64,000 bases of DNA from a virus: the IMG/VR virus record IMGVR_UViG_3300027708_000021; one strand, 5' to 3'. The translations under genes and the position numbers were made by a program. Below are positions 31,477 through 41,344 of this stretch, piece after piece (the first letter of the stretch is position 1; each line of letters starts with the position of its first letter). A model generated the notes under the pieces. That model was not told where the DNA came from, did no database searches, and was given only the letters and a program-made list of their open reading frames with translations.

Positions 31477-34400
31477 ATGGCAGATTTCGCATACGGCTTT
31501 AGACAAAATACCAATTATGTTATCACAAGTAACACGATGTATGAGATTGGTCGCAATTATAGATTTAATCAATCTGTGCCCTGCCAGACAGCTAATCAGG
31601 CAAATTACTGGACTCAGGTTTCCACCGGCAGTCAATATGCTTTAGGAATAGAAAGTCCAGGAACATTGTGGTCTTGGGGAAATAACAGTTTTGGTCAATT
31701 AGGGTTAAACACATCAACAGGTAACTTTTCTACTCCTATACAAGTGGGTACATCGAGTCTATGGACACAAATTTCAGCTGGCCCTCAGTTTGCTCTAGCT
31801 ATCCAAACACCTGGCACATTGTGGTCGTGGGGGAATAATACCCAAGGACAGTTAGGGCAGAGTAACACTACTAACTATAGTAGCCCAATCCAAGTAGGTA
31901 CGACATCAACTTGGACTAGAGTGGCTTGTGGATATTATCACGCTGTAGCTTTACAAGCGAATGGTTCATTATGGACTTGGGGTAATAACAGTTACGGTCA
32001 ACTAGGACTCAGTGATCAGACAAATCGTTCTAGTCCAGTACAGGTAGGAGTATTAAGCACATGGACTAGTGTAGGGGCCGGTGGTTACTTTACTGTTGCC
32101 ACGCAAACATCTGGTACATTATGGGCCTGGGGTAATAACAGTTTTGGTCAATTAGGCCTCAATACTTTGACTAATATTTCTAGTCCAGTACAACTGACTC
32201 CTTTGGCTTTGTGGAGTAAGATAGCTACATCTAATGGATCTACCACTTCTGTAATAGGAATACAAAGCAATGGCACACTATGGGCTTGGGGCAATAACAC
32301 TTTGGGTCAGTTAGGGGTCAATACTACAACAACTAGCTATTCTAGTCCAGTACAAGTTACTACACTAAATGGGTGGACACAAGTTGCTAGCGGACTTTAT
32401 TTCACTGCGGCACTACAAACTCCTGGCACACTATATGCTTGGGGTAGTAACAGTTACGGCCAACTAGGAATTAATACTGCAGTAGCCCAAACGCGATCGA
32501 GCCCAACATTAATAGGATTGCCGCCAACAGGTTTATGGAGTAAAGTATTGGCATCTTGTGGCTATTCTACAGCATCAATTCAAAGCGATGGCACACTATG
32601 GACATGGGGTAATAATCCTAACGGTCAATTAGGCCTTGGCGATCTAACAAATCGTTCCATCCCAATACAAGTAGGTACATTGAACACGTGGAGCCAACTT
32701 GCTGGCGGGCAATTTGGTTTTATGCTAGCTATCCAGACACCAGGAACATTATGGTCCTGGGGTGTAAATAACTTTGGTCAATTGGGTCTTAACACATCAA
32801 CTAACTACTCTAGTCCCATACAAGTGGGCACACTGAACTATTGGACTCGAGTTTCCAGCGGATATTTTCATACAGCGGCCATATTAAGCCCAGGTACATT
32901 GTGGACATGGGGTTTTAATGCTTATGGTCAAAATGGTCTCAATACTTCGACTAGCTACTCTAGTCCGGTACAAGTGGGAGCATTGAACTATTGGACTCAA
33001 GTTGCTTGCGGATATAATCATACTGCGTCTATTCAGAGCCCCGGTACACTATGGACCTGGGGTAGTAACAGTTACGGCCAACTGGGCATTAACACTGCAA
33101 TAGCCCAAACCCGATCAAGTCCAGTACAAGTGGGTACGCTGAGTACATGGACCCAAGTTGCCTGCGGATATAATTATACTGCGGCCATACAAAGCCCGGG
33201 CACATTGTGGATGTGGGGAAATAACAGTTTTGGCCAATTAGGACAAAGCAACACTACTAACAGAAGTAGTCCAGTACAAGTAGGAGCATTATCTATATGG
33301 ACCAATGTGTCGACTGCTACTAGTAGTAGTAATTCTTTTACTGCAGCCATACAAACGCCAGGAACATTATGGACTTGGGGTAATAATAGTTTTGGTCAAC
33401 TAGGGCTTAATACTTCCACATTAAGTAATATTTTCAGTCCAGTGCAAGTTGGTGCTCTGAGTACGTGGACCCAAATCTCTGCCGGAGTAGCGTATACCGC
33501 AGCTATACTGAGTAATGGAATATTGTATGAATGGGGTCAGAATAATGCTGGACAATTGGGGCAAAATAATACATCTAATCGTTCCAGCCCAACACAAATA
33601 GGTGGGCCATCGTGGACACAGGTCGCTTGCGGATATTATCATAGCACAGCCATACAAAGCAATGGTACATTGTGGTCATGGGGAGCAAATAGTTTTGGTC
33701 AATTAGGGCTTAATACTTCAATATTAAGTAATATTTCAAGTCCAGTACAAGTTGGAGCATTAAGTGTATGGACTCGCGTAGCTCTCGGCAATTATCACAC
33801 TCTAGGTATACAAACCCCGGGTACATTATATGCTTGGGGATTGAATAGTTTTGGTCAATTAGGTACAGGTAATCAAACAAATCTTTCAAGTCCATTACAA
33901 GTTGGCGCACTATCAATCTGGACACAGATTGCTTGCGGATATAGTCATACACTTGCTATACAAACGCCAGGCACACTATGGTCATGGGGTAATAATAGTT
34001 TTGGTCAGTTAGGTCTTAGCGATCAGACAAATAGAAGTAGCCCAGTACAATTAGGTTCATTAAGCACATGGACTCAAGTCTCATGTGGAGCATATTGGTC
34101 TATGGCACTGCAAAACAATGGTACATTATGGTCTTGGGGACTAAACTCATTTGGCCAATTAGGCACCAGCAATCAAGTAAATTATTCTAGTCCAGTACAA
34201 GTAGGCATACTAAGTATCTGGTCTCAAATTGGTAGCCAAGGCAATGCCGCCGCAGTTATACAAAGTAACGGTACATTGTGGTCATGGGGAAGTAATAGTT
34301 TTGGCCAGTTAGGTCTCAATACTAGTACTAATTGGTCTAGTCCAGTACTAATAAACGGAATAAGTAATTGGATACAAGTCACATGTGGCTACTCAAACAC

Positions 34401-37400
34401 ACTGGCATTACTGAGCAATGGCTCATTATGGGCTTGGGGCAATAATGTTCAGGGTCAATTAGGTCTTAACACTTCAACTAACTACTCTAGTCCAATACAA
34501 GTAGGCTTATTAAGTTTATGGTCACAAGTATCCAGCGCAGGGTCTTCCACTACAGCTATACAAACACCGGGTACCTTATGGTCTTGGGGATTGAATAGTT
34601 ACGGCGCTTTAGGTCTCAATACTTTAACCAATTACTCTAGCCCAGTACAAATAGGCAATCAATCTTATTGGACTCAACTGGCTGTTAACAATTTTGGAAG
34701 TAGTGCGGTCAGTCAAGGTTTCATGGCTGCCATACAAAGCCCAGGTACACTATGGCTTTGGGGTAATAACAGTTATAATCAATTAGGCTATAGTCCGATA
34801 TCTTATAGAAGTTTTGCCACTCAGATAGGTACATCAGGAGCGTGGACAGGATTCCCCACAGGATCACAGAATAGTATATGGGGCGCCGCAATAAATTCCA
34901 ATAACAATTTATATGTCTGGGGTGTTAATTCCAATAGAATATTAAATTCTAATTATTATATCTATGATACCGTTGATACCATAGCACAAGGTTCAGTTAT
35001 AGTAAATCCAGTGCCGTTAGATCCTACATTAAGCACACCTATTAAATCAGTGTCGATCGGTGATCAGTTTGGTGTATATGTACAGACTAATGGCACATTA
35101 TGGTCTTGGGGCAATGTAAGTTTTGGTCAAGTGCCCGTAGGAATTCGATCAGTGCCAAGTGCGACTTATATGTCAGGCTGGACTAGAGTGGCTTCTGGGC
35201 CCAGCATCAGTTATCAAAGCATAGCTATACAAAGTCCAGGGACACTATGGTCGTGGGGAAATAATGCAAATGGAGCGTTGGGACTTAGTGACACATCAAC
35301 TCGATCAAGCCCAGTACAAGTGGGCACAACAAGTACTTGGACGCAAATTGCCTGCGGGTATAATTTTAGTACAGCCCTACAAAGCAATGGGTCATTATGG
35401 TCATGGGGTTATAATGCTCATGGAGAATTAGGCCTGAGCGACACAGCAAATCGTTCTAGCCCAGTACAAGTGGGGGCATTAACTAGTTGGACGCAGGTTG
35501 CCAACGGTTATATATATTCAGTAGCTTTACAAACTAATGGTACATTATGGTCATGGGGTTACAATGGTAATGGTCAATTAGGCACTAACAGTCTAACTAA
35601 TGTTTCTAGTCCAGTAGTAGTGGCCTCTAGTGCGTATACGGCTGTATGGGCTAGTACAAATGGTGGTGGTGGTGGTTCCAGTTTTACAGCAGCAATACAA
35701 AGCAATGGTACACTATGGACATGGGGGTCAAATGCTGTTGGTGGGCAATTAGGTCTCGGCGATACAAATAATAGAAGTATTCCAACACAAGTGGGTTTAT
35801 CGAGCACATGGACCCAAATTTCTAGTGGAAATTATTTCACTGTAGCCCTACAAACTCCTGGCACATTATGGGCATGGGGGAATAACAGTCAAGGGCAATT
35901 GGGTCTTAACACATTAACTAACTACTCTAGTCCCGTACAAATGGGTGCGGTAAACTATTGGACGCAAGTATCCTGTGGTTATCAGCATACTGTTGCTCTA
36001 CAAACTCCAGGAACATTATGGTCCTGGGGAAATAACAGTTTTGGTCAGTTAGGCCTCAGCGATACGGTAACTCGTTCTAGTCCAACGCAAGTAGGTGTAC
36101 TGAACTATTGGACACAAGTCTCAAATGGACATAATTTCACAGCAGCCATACTAAGCCCTGGCACATTATGGGCATGGGGCGGTAACGGGGATGGTCAATT
36201 GGGTCAAAGTAATACCACTGATCGATCAAGTCCAGTACAAGTAGGCGCACTGAGTATATGGACTCAGGTTGCCTCCGGAGTTAGATTCATGCTAGCATTA
36301 CAAAGCAACGGCACACTATGGGGTTGTGGATACAATTTTTTAGGTCAATTAGGAAATAATAGTACAACTAATCAATTAAGTCTAGTACAAGTGGGCTCGT
36401 TGAGTGTATGGACTAGAGTATCTGCTAGTACTTACCAGTCTATTGGATTACAAAGCAACGGCACACTATGGGCCTGGGGGTTTAATAGTAGTGGTCAATT
36501 GGGAGTCAGTAATACAACTAATAGATCCAGTCCAACACAAGTAGGCACTCTAAGCTCATGGACTCGAGTCTCTGCTTTAAACAGCTTTTCAAATGCTATA
36601 CAAAACGATGGTACATTATACATCTGGGGCACCAATGGCGGCAATGGACAATTAGGAAATAATAGTACAATTAATCAATCAAGTCCTATACAAGTGTCAT
36701 TAGTAGTTGGAGTACCTAGTACCGCATGGAATAAAATTTCCTGCGGATATGGTCAGACAGCAGCACTACAAAGCGATGGTACATTATGGGCTTGGGGTTA
36801 TAATAATTTTGGACAATTAGGAGTCGGTGATACCGTAAGTCGTTCTAGTCCAGGTCAAATAGGACAATCACCAGGTATTGGGCTATGGAACAAGATCAGT
36901 GGCGGCGGCGCATACTTTGCAGGAATTCAAAGCAACGGAACGCTATGGTCGTGGGGCAGTAATTTTTTGGGTGCGTTGGGACTTAATGACCAAAACAATC
37001 GGTCTAGTCCAGTGCAGATAGGCGCATTGAATATCTGGAGTCAAATCTTTTGCGGTCTAGACGCCAGTACACTAGCTATACAAAGCCCTGGTACATTATG
37101 GGCCTGGGGGCGCAATGATCTAGGCCAATTAGGTATTAGTACTATAACAAATCGTTCAAGTCCAACACAAGTAGGCGCAGTAAATTATTGGACAACTGCC
37201 GCTGTAGGAGCAGAGCATGCCTTAGCAATACAAAGCCCAGGTACACTATGGTCTTGGGGTTTTAATAATAATGGACAATTAGGTAATAATAGTAACTCTA
37301 ATAGAAGTAGCCCAGTACAAATTGGCCTATCAAGTACTTGGACTCGAGTGGCCTGCGGATCTTATTATACCGTAGCTATCCAAACACCAGGTACATTGTG

Positions 37401-38736
37401 GGCATGGGGAGATAATAGTTGGGGACAATTAGGCACCAGCAATCAATTTAATCGTTCTAGTCCAGTACAAATAGGCGCATTAAGTGTATGGACTCAAATT
37501 GCCTGCGGATACTCCAGCACAATAGCATTACAAAGCAACGGCACACTATGGACTTGGGGCAATAATAGTTATGGTCAACTAGGGCTCGGCGATCAAATAC
37601 ATCGATCTAGTCCAGTACAAGTGGGTCTATTAAGTCAATGGTCTCAGATCTCTTGCGGATATTATTTTAGTTCAGCTATACAAAATAATGGCACACTATG
37701 GTCATGGGGACTTAACAGTTATGGTCAACTAGGCCTAAGCGATGCAACAAATAGATCTAGCCCAGTTCAAATAGGCTCACTAAGTGTATGGGCTCAACTT
37801 GCACCCACTGGTGATTATAATATGGGGGCTATACAAAGTAATGGAACATTATGGACTTGGGGTAGAAATGACTCTGGTCAATTGGGTCAGAATAATATAG
37901 TTGCTGCTCAATCTAGTCCTGTACAATTAGGCGGTGGACCAACCTGGACTCAATTATCTGCTGGGTATTACTACACCGCAGCTATACAAACACCAGGTAC
38001 ACTATGGACTTGGGGTAATAATAGTTTTGGTCAACTGGGCAGTAGTAACACAACACATAGATCTAGTCCAGCACAAGTTGGTGCGTTGACCACATGGACA
38101 CAAGTTAGTTGTGGATACTATAGTACACTGGCAACACAAAGCAATGGCACACTATGGACTTGGGGTAATAACAGTTATGGTCAATTAGGTCAAAATGATA
38201 GTACTAACCGTTTTAGTCCAGTACAAGTAGGCACATTGAGTAATTGGTCTCAACTTAGTAACGGAGCCGCATTCTTAGCAGCCATACAAAGCAACGGAGT
38301 ATTATCACTATGGGGTAATAATAGTTATGGTCAACTAGGTTATGCTGCTGTGGTCGCTCCGCTTCAGGTGTCTACACAATCAATTTGGTCGCAAGTGGCT
38401 TGCGGTGTAAATCATGCCTTGGGTGTTCAAAGTAATGGCAGTCTTTGGGCATGGGGTAATAATAGTTTTGGCCAGTTGGGCACCAGCGATGTAACACATC
38501 GTAGTAGCATAACACAAGTAGGCACATTATCCAGCTGGAGTCGCGTGGCCTGCGGATTAGCGCACTCTGCGGCATTACAAAGTAATGGAACATTGTGGGC
38601 TTGGGGCAATAATAGTTGGGGTCAATTGGGACAAGGTAACATTACTAACACATCAAGTCCTGTACAAGTTGGCTCCTTGAGCAGATATGTATCAGTATAT
38701 GCTATGAATTATACTACCTTGGCAGAAACACAATGA
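31477..38736 (+). CDS. Giant RCC1/BLIP-II repeat protein (about 47 blades)
   Basis: Two blocks of 21 canonical repeats plus flanking core blades. Confidence 0.9.
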   Translation: MADFAYGFRQNTNYVITSNTMYEIGRNYRFNQSVPCQTANQANYWTQVSTGSQYALGIESPGTLWSWGNNSFGQLGLNTSTGNFSTPIQVGTSSLWTQISAGPQFALAIQTPGTLWSWGNNTQGQLGQSNTTNYSSPIQVGTTSTWTRVACGYYHAVALQANGSLWTWGNNSYGQLGLSDQTNRSSPVQVGVLSTWTSVGAGGYFTVATQTSGTLWAWGNNSFGQLGLNTLTNISSPVQLTPLALWSKIATSNGSTTSVIGIQSNGTLWAWGNNTLGQLGVNTTTTSYSSPVQVTTLNGWTQVASGLYFTAALQTPGTLYAWGSNSYGQLGINTAVAQTRSSPTLIGLPPTGLWSKVLASCGYSTASIQSDGTLWTWGNNPNGQLGLGDLTNRSIPIQVGTLNTWSQLAGGQFGFMLAIQTPGTLWSWGVNNFGQLGLNTSTNYSSPIQVGTLNYWTRVSSGYFHTAAILSPGTLWTWGFNAYGQNGLNTSTSYSSPVQVGALNYWTQVACGYNHTASIQSPGTLWTWGSNSYGQLGINTAIAQTRSSPVQVGTLSTWTQVACGYNYTAAIQSPGTLWMWGNNSFGQLGQSNTTNRSSPVQVGALSIWTNVSTATSSSNSFTAAIQTPGTLWTWGNNSFGQLGLNTSTLSNIFSPVQVGALSTWTQISAGVAYTAAILSNGILYEWGQNNAGQLGQNNTSNRSSPTQIGGPSWTQVACGYYHSTAIQSNGTLWSWGANSFGQLGLNTSILSNISSPVQVGALSVWTRVALGNYHTLGIQTPGTLYAWGLNSFGQLGTGNQTNLSSPLQVGALSIWTQIACGYSHTLAIQTPGTLWSWGNNSFGQLGLSDQTNRSSPVQLGSLSTWTQVSCGAYWSMALQNNGTLWSWGLNSFGQLGTSNQVNYSSPVQVGILSIWSQIGSQGNAAAVIQSNGTLWSWGSNSFGQLGLNTSTNWSSPVLINGISNWIQVTCGYSNTLALLSNGSLWAWGNNVQGQLGLNTSTNYSSPIQVGLLSLWSQVSSAGSSTTAIQTPGTLWSWGLNSYGALGLNTLTNYSSPVQIGNQSYWTQLAVNNFGSSAVSQGFMAAIQSPGTLWLWGNNSYNQLGYSPISYRSFATQIGTSGAWTGFPTGSQNSIWGAAINSNNNLYVWGVNSNRILNSNYYIYDTVDTIAQGSVIVNPVPLDPTLSTPIKSVSIGDQFGVYVQTNGTLWSWGNVSFGQVPVGIRSVPSATYMSGWTRVASGPSISYQSIAIQSPGTLWSWGNNANGALGLSDTSTRSSPVQVGTTSTWTQIACGYNFSTALQSNGSLWSWGYNAHGELGLSDTANRSSPVQVGALTSWTQVANGYIYSVALQTNGTLWSWGYNGNGQLGTNSLTNVSSPVVVASSAYTAVWASTNGGGGGSSFTAAIQSNGTLWTWGSNAVGGQLGLGDTNNRSIPTQVGLSSTWTQISSGNYFTVALQTPGTLWAWGNNSQGQLGLNTLTNYSSPVQMGAVNYWTQVSCGYQHTVALQTPGTLWSWGNNSFGQLGLSDTVTRSSPTQVGVLNYWTQVSNGHNFTAAILSPGTLWAWGGNGDGQLGQSNTTDRSSPVQVGALSIWTQVASGVRFMLALQSNGTLWGCGYNFLGQLGNNSTTNQLSLVQVGSLSVWTRVSASTYQSIGLQSNGTLWAWGFNSSGQLGVSNTTNRSSPTQVGTLSSWTRVSALNSFSNAIQNDGTLYIWGTNGGNGQLGNNSTINQSSPIQVSLVVGVPSTAWNKISCGYGQTAALQSDGTLWAWGYNNFGQLGVGDTVSRSSPGQIGQSPGIGLWNKISGGGAYFAGIQSNGTLWSWGSNFLGALGLNDQNNRSSPVQIGALNIWSQIFCGLDASTLAIQSPGTLWAWGRNDLGQLGISTITNRSSPTQVGAVNYWTTAAVGAEHALAIQSPGTLWSWGFNNNGQLGNNSNSNRSSPVQIGLSSTWTRVACGSYYTVAIQTPGTLWAWGDNSWGQLGTSNQFNRSSPVQIGALSVWTQIACGYSSTIALQSNGTLWTWGNNSYGQLGLGDQIHRSSPVQVGLLSQWSQISCGYYFSSAIQNNGTLWSWGLNSYGQLGLSDATNRSSPVQIGSLSVWAQLAPTGDYNMGAIQSNGTLWTWGRNDSGQLGQNNIVAAQSSPVQLGGGPTWTQLSAGYYYTAAIQTPGTLWTWGNNSFGQLGSSNTTHRSSPAQVGALTTWTQVSCGYYSTLATQSNGTLWTWGNNSYGQLGQNDSTNRFSPVQVGTLSNWSQLSNGAAFLAAIQSNGVLSLWGNNSYGQLGYAAVVAPLQVSTQSIWSQVACGVNHALGVQSNGSLWAWGNNSFGQLGTSDVTHRSSITQVGTLSSWSRVACGLAHSAALQSNGTLWAWGNNSWGQLGQGNITNTSSPVQVGSLSRYVSVYAMNYTTLAETQ

Positions 38737-39869
38737 CCTATAATATAAACAGTAGCCAAGTACTCAATAATAGATATTTTAGTAATTCTACATTTTCCGC
38801 AAACAATGCATTGTATGCCTGGGGTAATAACACTTTTGGTCAATTAGGCCTCAGCGATACAACTAACAGATCAAGTCCAGCGCAAGTTGGCACCTTGAAC
38901 TACTGGACCCAAGTATCCTGCGGATATAATTATTTCTCTCTAGCACTACAAAGTCCAGGAACATTATGGTCCTGGGGAAGCAATTCTTTTGGTCAGTTGG
39001 GTGTTAATACCGCGCCTACAAACAATACCTCTAGCCCAGTACGTGTAGGCTCACTAAGCAACTGGCTACAAATAGCAGCTGGTAACGCCCACTGGTTAGC
39101 TATCCAAAGCCCAGGCACATTATGGAGTTGTGGATATAATGGATACGGTCAGTTAGGTCTTAATACTTCAACAAATTATTCTAGTCCTGTACAGATTGGC
39201 GCTTTGAACACTTGGACACAAGTAGCAGCTGGTAATTACTCTAGTTATGCTATACAGAATACCGGAACACTATGGTCTTGGGGAGTTAATACCTATGGAC
39301 AGTTGGGTCAAATTAATACTACAAACTATTCTAGTCCAGTACAAGTAGGTACATTGAGCACTTGGACACAGATATCCGTGAATTCTACATCTGCTACTGC
39401 TCTAGCAATACAAAGCAATGGTACATTATGGTCGTGGGGCATCAATAATTATGGTCAAATAGGCAATAGCAATACTGTTAATCAATCTAGTCCAGCGCAG
39501 ATAGGCACTTTATCTCTTTGGACCAGAATCGCCAACGGTGGATATTCAAGCTATGCTATACAAAGCAATGGTACACTATGGGCATGGGGATTGAACAGCC
39601 AAGGTCAACTAGGTCTTAACACCACTGTAGGAGTATCTAGTCCGGTACAAGTGGGTACAGCTAGTACTTGGTCGCAGGTAGGCGCCGGCGCACTACAGTT
39701 GATAGCTATACAAAACAATGGCACGTTATGGATGTGTGGCTATAACGCCCAAGGTCAATTAGGAAACAATTCAACTACCAACATTTCTACACTCACCCAA
39801 GTAGGGTCACTAAATAAATGGAACTTTGCTACAGGTGCTTGGCAGATTTTGGCACAGCAAATTCCTTAA
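38733..39869 (+). CDS. RCC1 repeat protein (single 7-blade propeller)
   Basis: Half + six + half repeats, the usual velcro closure; ATGA-coupled. Confidence 0.88.
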   Translation: MTYNINSSQVLNNRYFSNSTFSANNALYAWGNNTFGQLGLSDTTNRSSPAQVGTLNYWTQVSCGYNYFSLALQSPGTLWSWGSNSFGQLGVNTAPTNNTSSPVRVGSLSNWLQIAAGNAHWLAIQSPGTLWSCGYNGYGQLGLNTSTNYSSPVQIGALNTWTQVAAGNYSSYAIQNTGTLWSWGVNTYGQLGQINTTNYSSPVQVGTLSTWTQISVNSTSATALAIQSNGTLWSWGINNYGQIGNSNTVNQSSPAQIGTLSLWTRIANGGYSSYAIQSNGTLWAWGLNSQGQLGLNTTVGVSSPVQVGTASTWSQVGAGALQLIAIQNNGTLWMCGYNAQGQLGNNSTTNISTLTQVGSLNKWNFATGAWQILAQQIP

Positions 39870-39885
39870 TTTAGACAGGTGATTA

Positions 39886-40536
39886 ATGAAACAACTTATT
39901 ATTGACAGCGGGTTTTACAACGATCCCGAGCAAATGAAGACACTCTTCGTGAATCTTGACTTTGTAAAGAATGAAAACATGTTACAAGGCAAGATATGTC
40001 CCATGCAGTTTGCCAATGATGACATGTTACGGCATATCCAGAATATCATTGGAGTACCAGACAATATCTCCGCATTTGAATTTGTTGCAGGATCCGGCAC
40101 ATTTATCAGTAACCAAGCAGATGAATTGCCGGCCAGATCAGTTTGTATCCAATATCCGGAGCCTAACACACAATGGGTAGGCGTTGTATCTCTAAACAAG
40201 TCTGAAAAACCGCATTATTTGAAATTCTACAAACACAAGCGTACAGGTTGGGACCATGTTTCCATGGATCCAGAAGAGTTGTCCAAAGAGAAATTGTATT
40301 CCTATGAGCACATCGAAGCATTCATGGCTTTTGAAAATAATAATTGGGAAGATAAATGGGAAGAAACTAGCCGCGTTGAGTTAAAACCTAACGAATTGGT
40401 GTTGTTTAGACCTTGGATGTTCCATTCTTACAATGATGTTTTTGGTGATAGCCAGCAGACAGCCAGACTTCTCCAATTCTTCTTCTTAAAACCTACACAA
40501 GACTTGACAACTAGCCAAGAACCAAGTACAATCTAA
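39886..40536 (+). CDS. 2OG-Fe(II) oxygenase-like protein (DUF6445-like), catalytic motif degenerate
   Basis: IIDSGFYNDP start, WVGVVSL, FYKHKRTG, NELVLFRPWMFHS, FGD...RLLQFFF. Confidence 0.65.
   Translation: MKQLIIDSGFYNDPEQMKTLFVNLDFVKNENMLQGKICPMQFANDDMLRHIQNIIGVPDNISAFEFVAGSGTFISNQADELPARSVCIQYPEPNTQWVGVVSLNKSEKPHYLKFYKHKRTGWDHVSMDPEELSKEKLYSYEHIEAFMAFENNNWEDKWEETSRVELKPNELVLFRPWMFHSYNDVFGDSQQTARLLQFFFLKPTQDLTTSQEPSTI
40504..40532 (+). promoter_or_regulatory. Sigma70-type promoter upstream of the sulfotransferase operon
   Basis: TTGACA (40504)-17 nt-TACAAT (40527). Confidence 0.65.
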
Positions 40537-40564
40537 TTAGAAGTATCTAAACGGAAAAATTATC

Positions 40565-41344
40565 ATGGAAAATATTCATTTCATCTCTGGCCTTCCACGT
40601 GCGGGCACAACATTATTATCTTCAATCCTTAAACAGAATCCAAAATTTAATAGTTCGATCTCAGGACCACTTGCTCGGTTTTATAGAGCTATCATCGAAG
40701 AATCACAATCACAAGGCGGATATCGTTTTCAATGCCCCAAAGAAAAACGCAAAGAGTTGATACACTCTGTTACAGACACATATTATAAAGATAGTGCGCC
40801 AACAGTATTTGATACTAATCGGGGTTGGACATATCTAACTCCAATGCTAGCTGATTTATATCCCAAGGCCAAGACTATTGTTTGTATCCGTAGTATTCCT
40901 TGGATCATCGACAGCTTTGAAACATTGTTTGCCAAAAATCCATATGATGTTCCCCTTATGTTTCCACAAGGTGCTGGCGTTAGTGTTTATAGTCGTGCCA
41001 AGTACTTGACAGATCCTTCGGCATTCGTAGGATTTGCCTATGACGGTGTCAAGCAAGCCATGTTTGGACCTAACAAAGAAAACATCATGGTTGTACAATA
41101 CGACCAGCTGGCTAAAAATCCTAAACTAGTAATGAAGAAGATCTATGAATTTATTGGCGAGCCGTGGTATGAACACGACTTTGACAATGTTCAAGGCGAC
41201 TACGACGAGTTCGACACTGACATGAATATCAATGGATTACATCATGTACGCCAGAAGGTACAGTATAAAGAGCGTCAGACTATATTGCCAGGAGACTTAT
41301 TCAATCATCTCGAGCAGATGGATTTCTGGAAACATCTTAAATGA
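40565..41344 (+). CDS. Sulfotransferase (PAPS-dependent)
   Basis: FISGLPRAGTTLLSSILKQNP 5'-phosphosulfate-binding loop; IR..PWIIDSFE; VQYDQLAKNP..VMKKIYEFIG. Confidence 0.88.
   Translation: MENIHFISGLPRAGTTLLSSILKQNPKFNSSISGPLARFYRAIIEESQSQGGYRFQCPKEKRKELIHSVTDTYYKDSAPTVFDTNRGWTYLTPMLADLYPKAKTIVCIRSIPWIIDSFETLFAKNPYDVPLMFPQGAGVSVYSRAKYLTDPSAFVGFAYDGVKQAMFGPNKENIMVVQYDQLAKNPKLVMKKIYEFIGEPWYEHDFDNVQGDYDEFDTDMNINGLHHVRQKVQYKERQTILPGDLFNHLEQMDFWKHLK

Noticed and set aside
24622-39869. About 150-nt periodic DNA repeats as a CRISPR-like array
   Set aside because: Degenerate at third codon positions and fully explained by RCC1 protein repeats; no invariant repeat with unique spacers
24622-39869. 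Eukaryotic or giant-virus origin suggested by RCC1 repeats
   Set aside because: Context is a T4-like phage (gp13/14/15/18/19/4, SD sequences, sigma70 and TAAATA promoters); RCC1/BLIP-II repeats also occur in bacteria and phages
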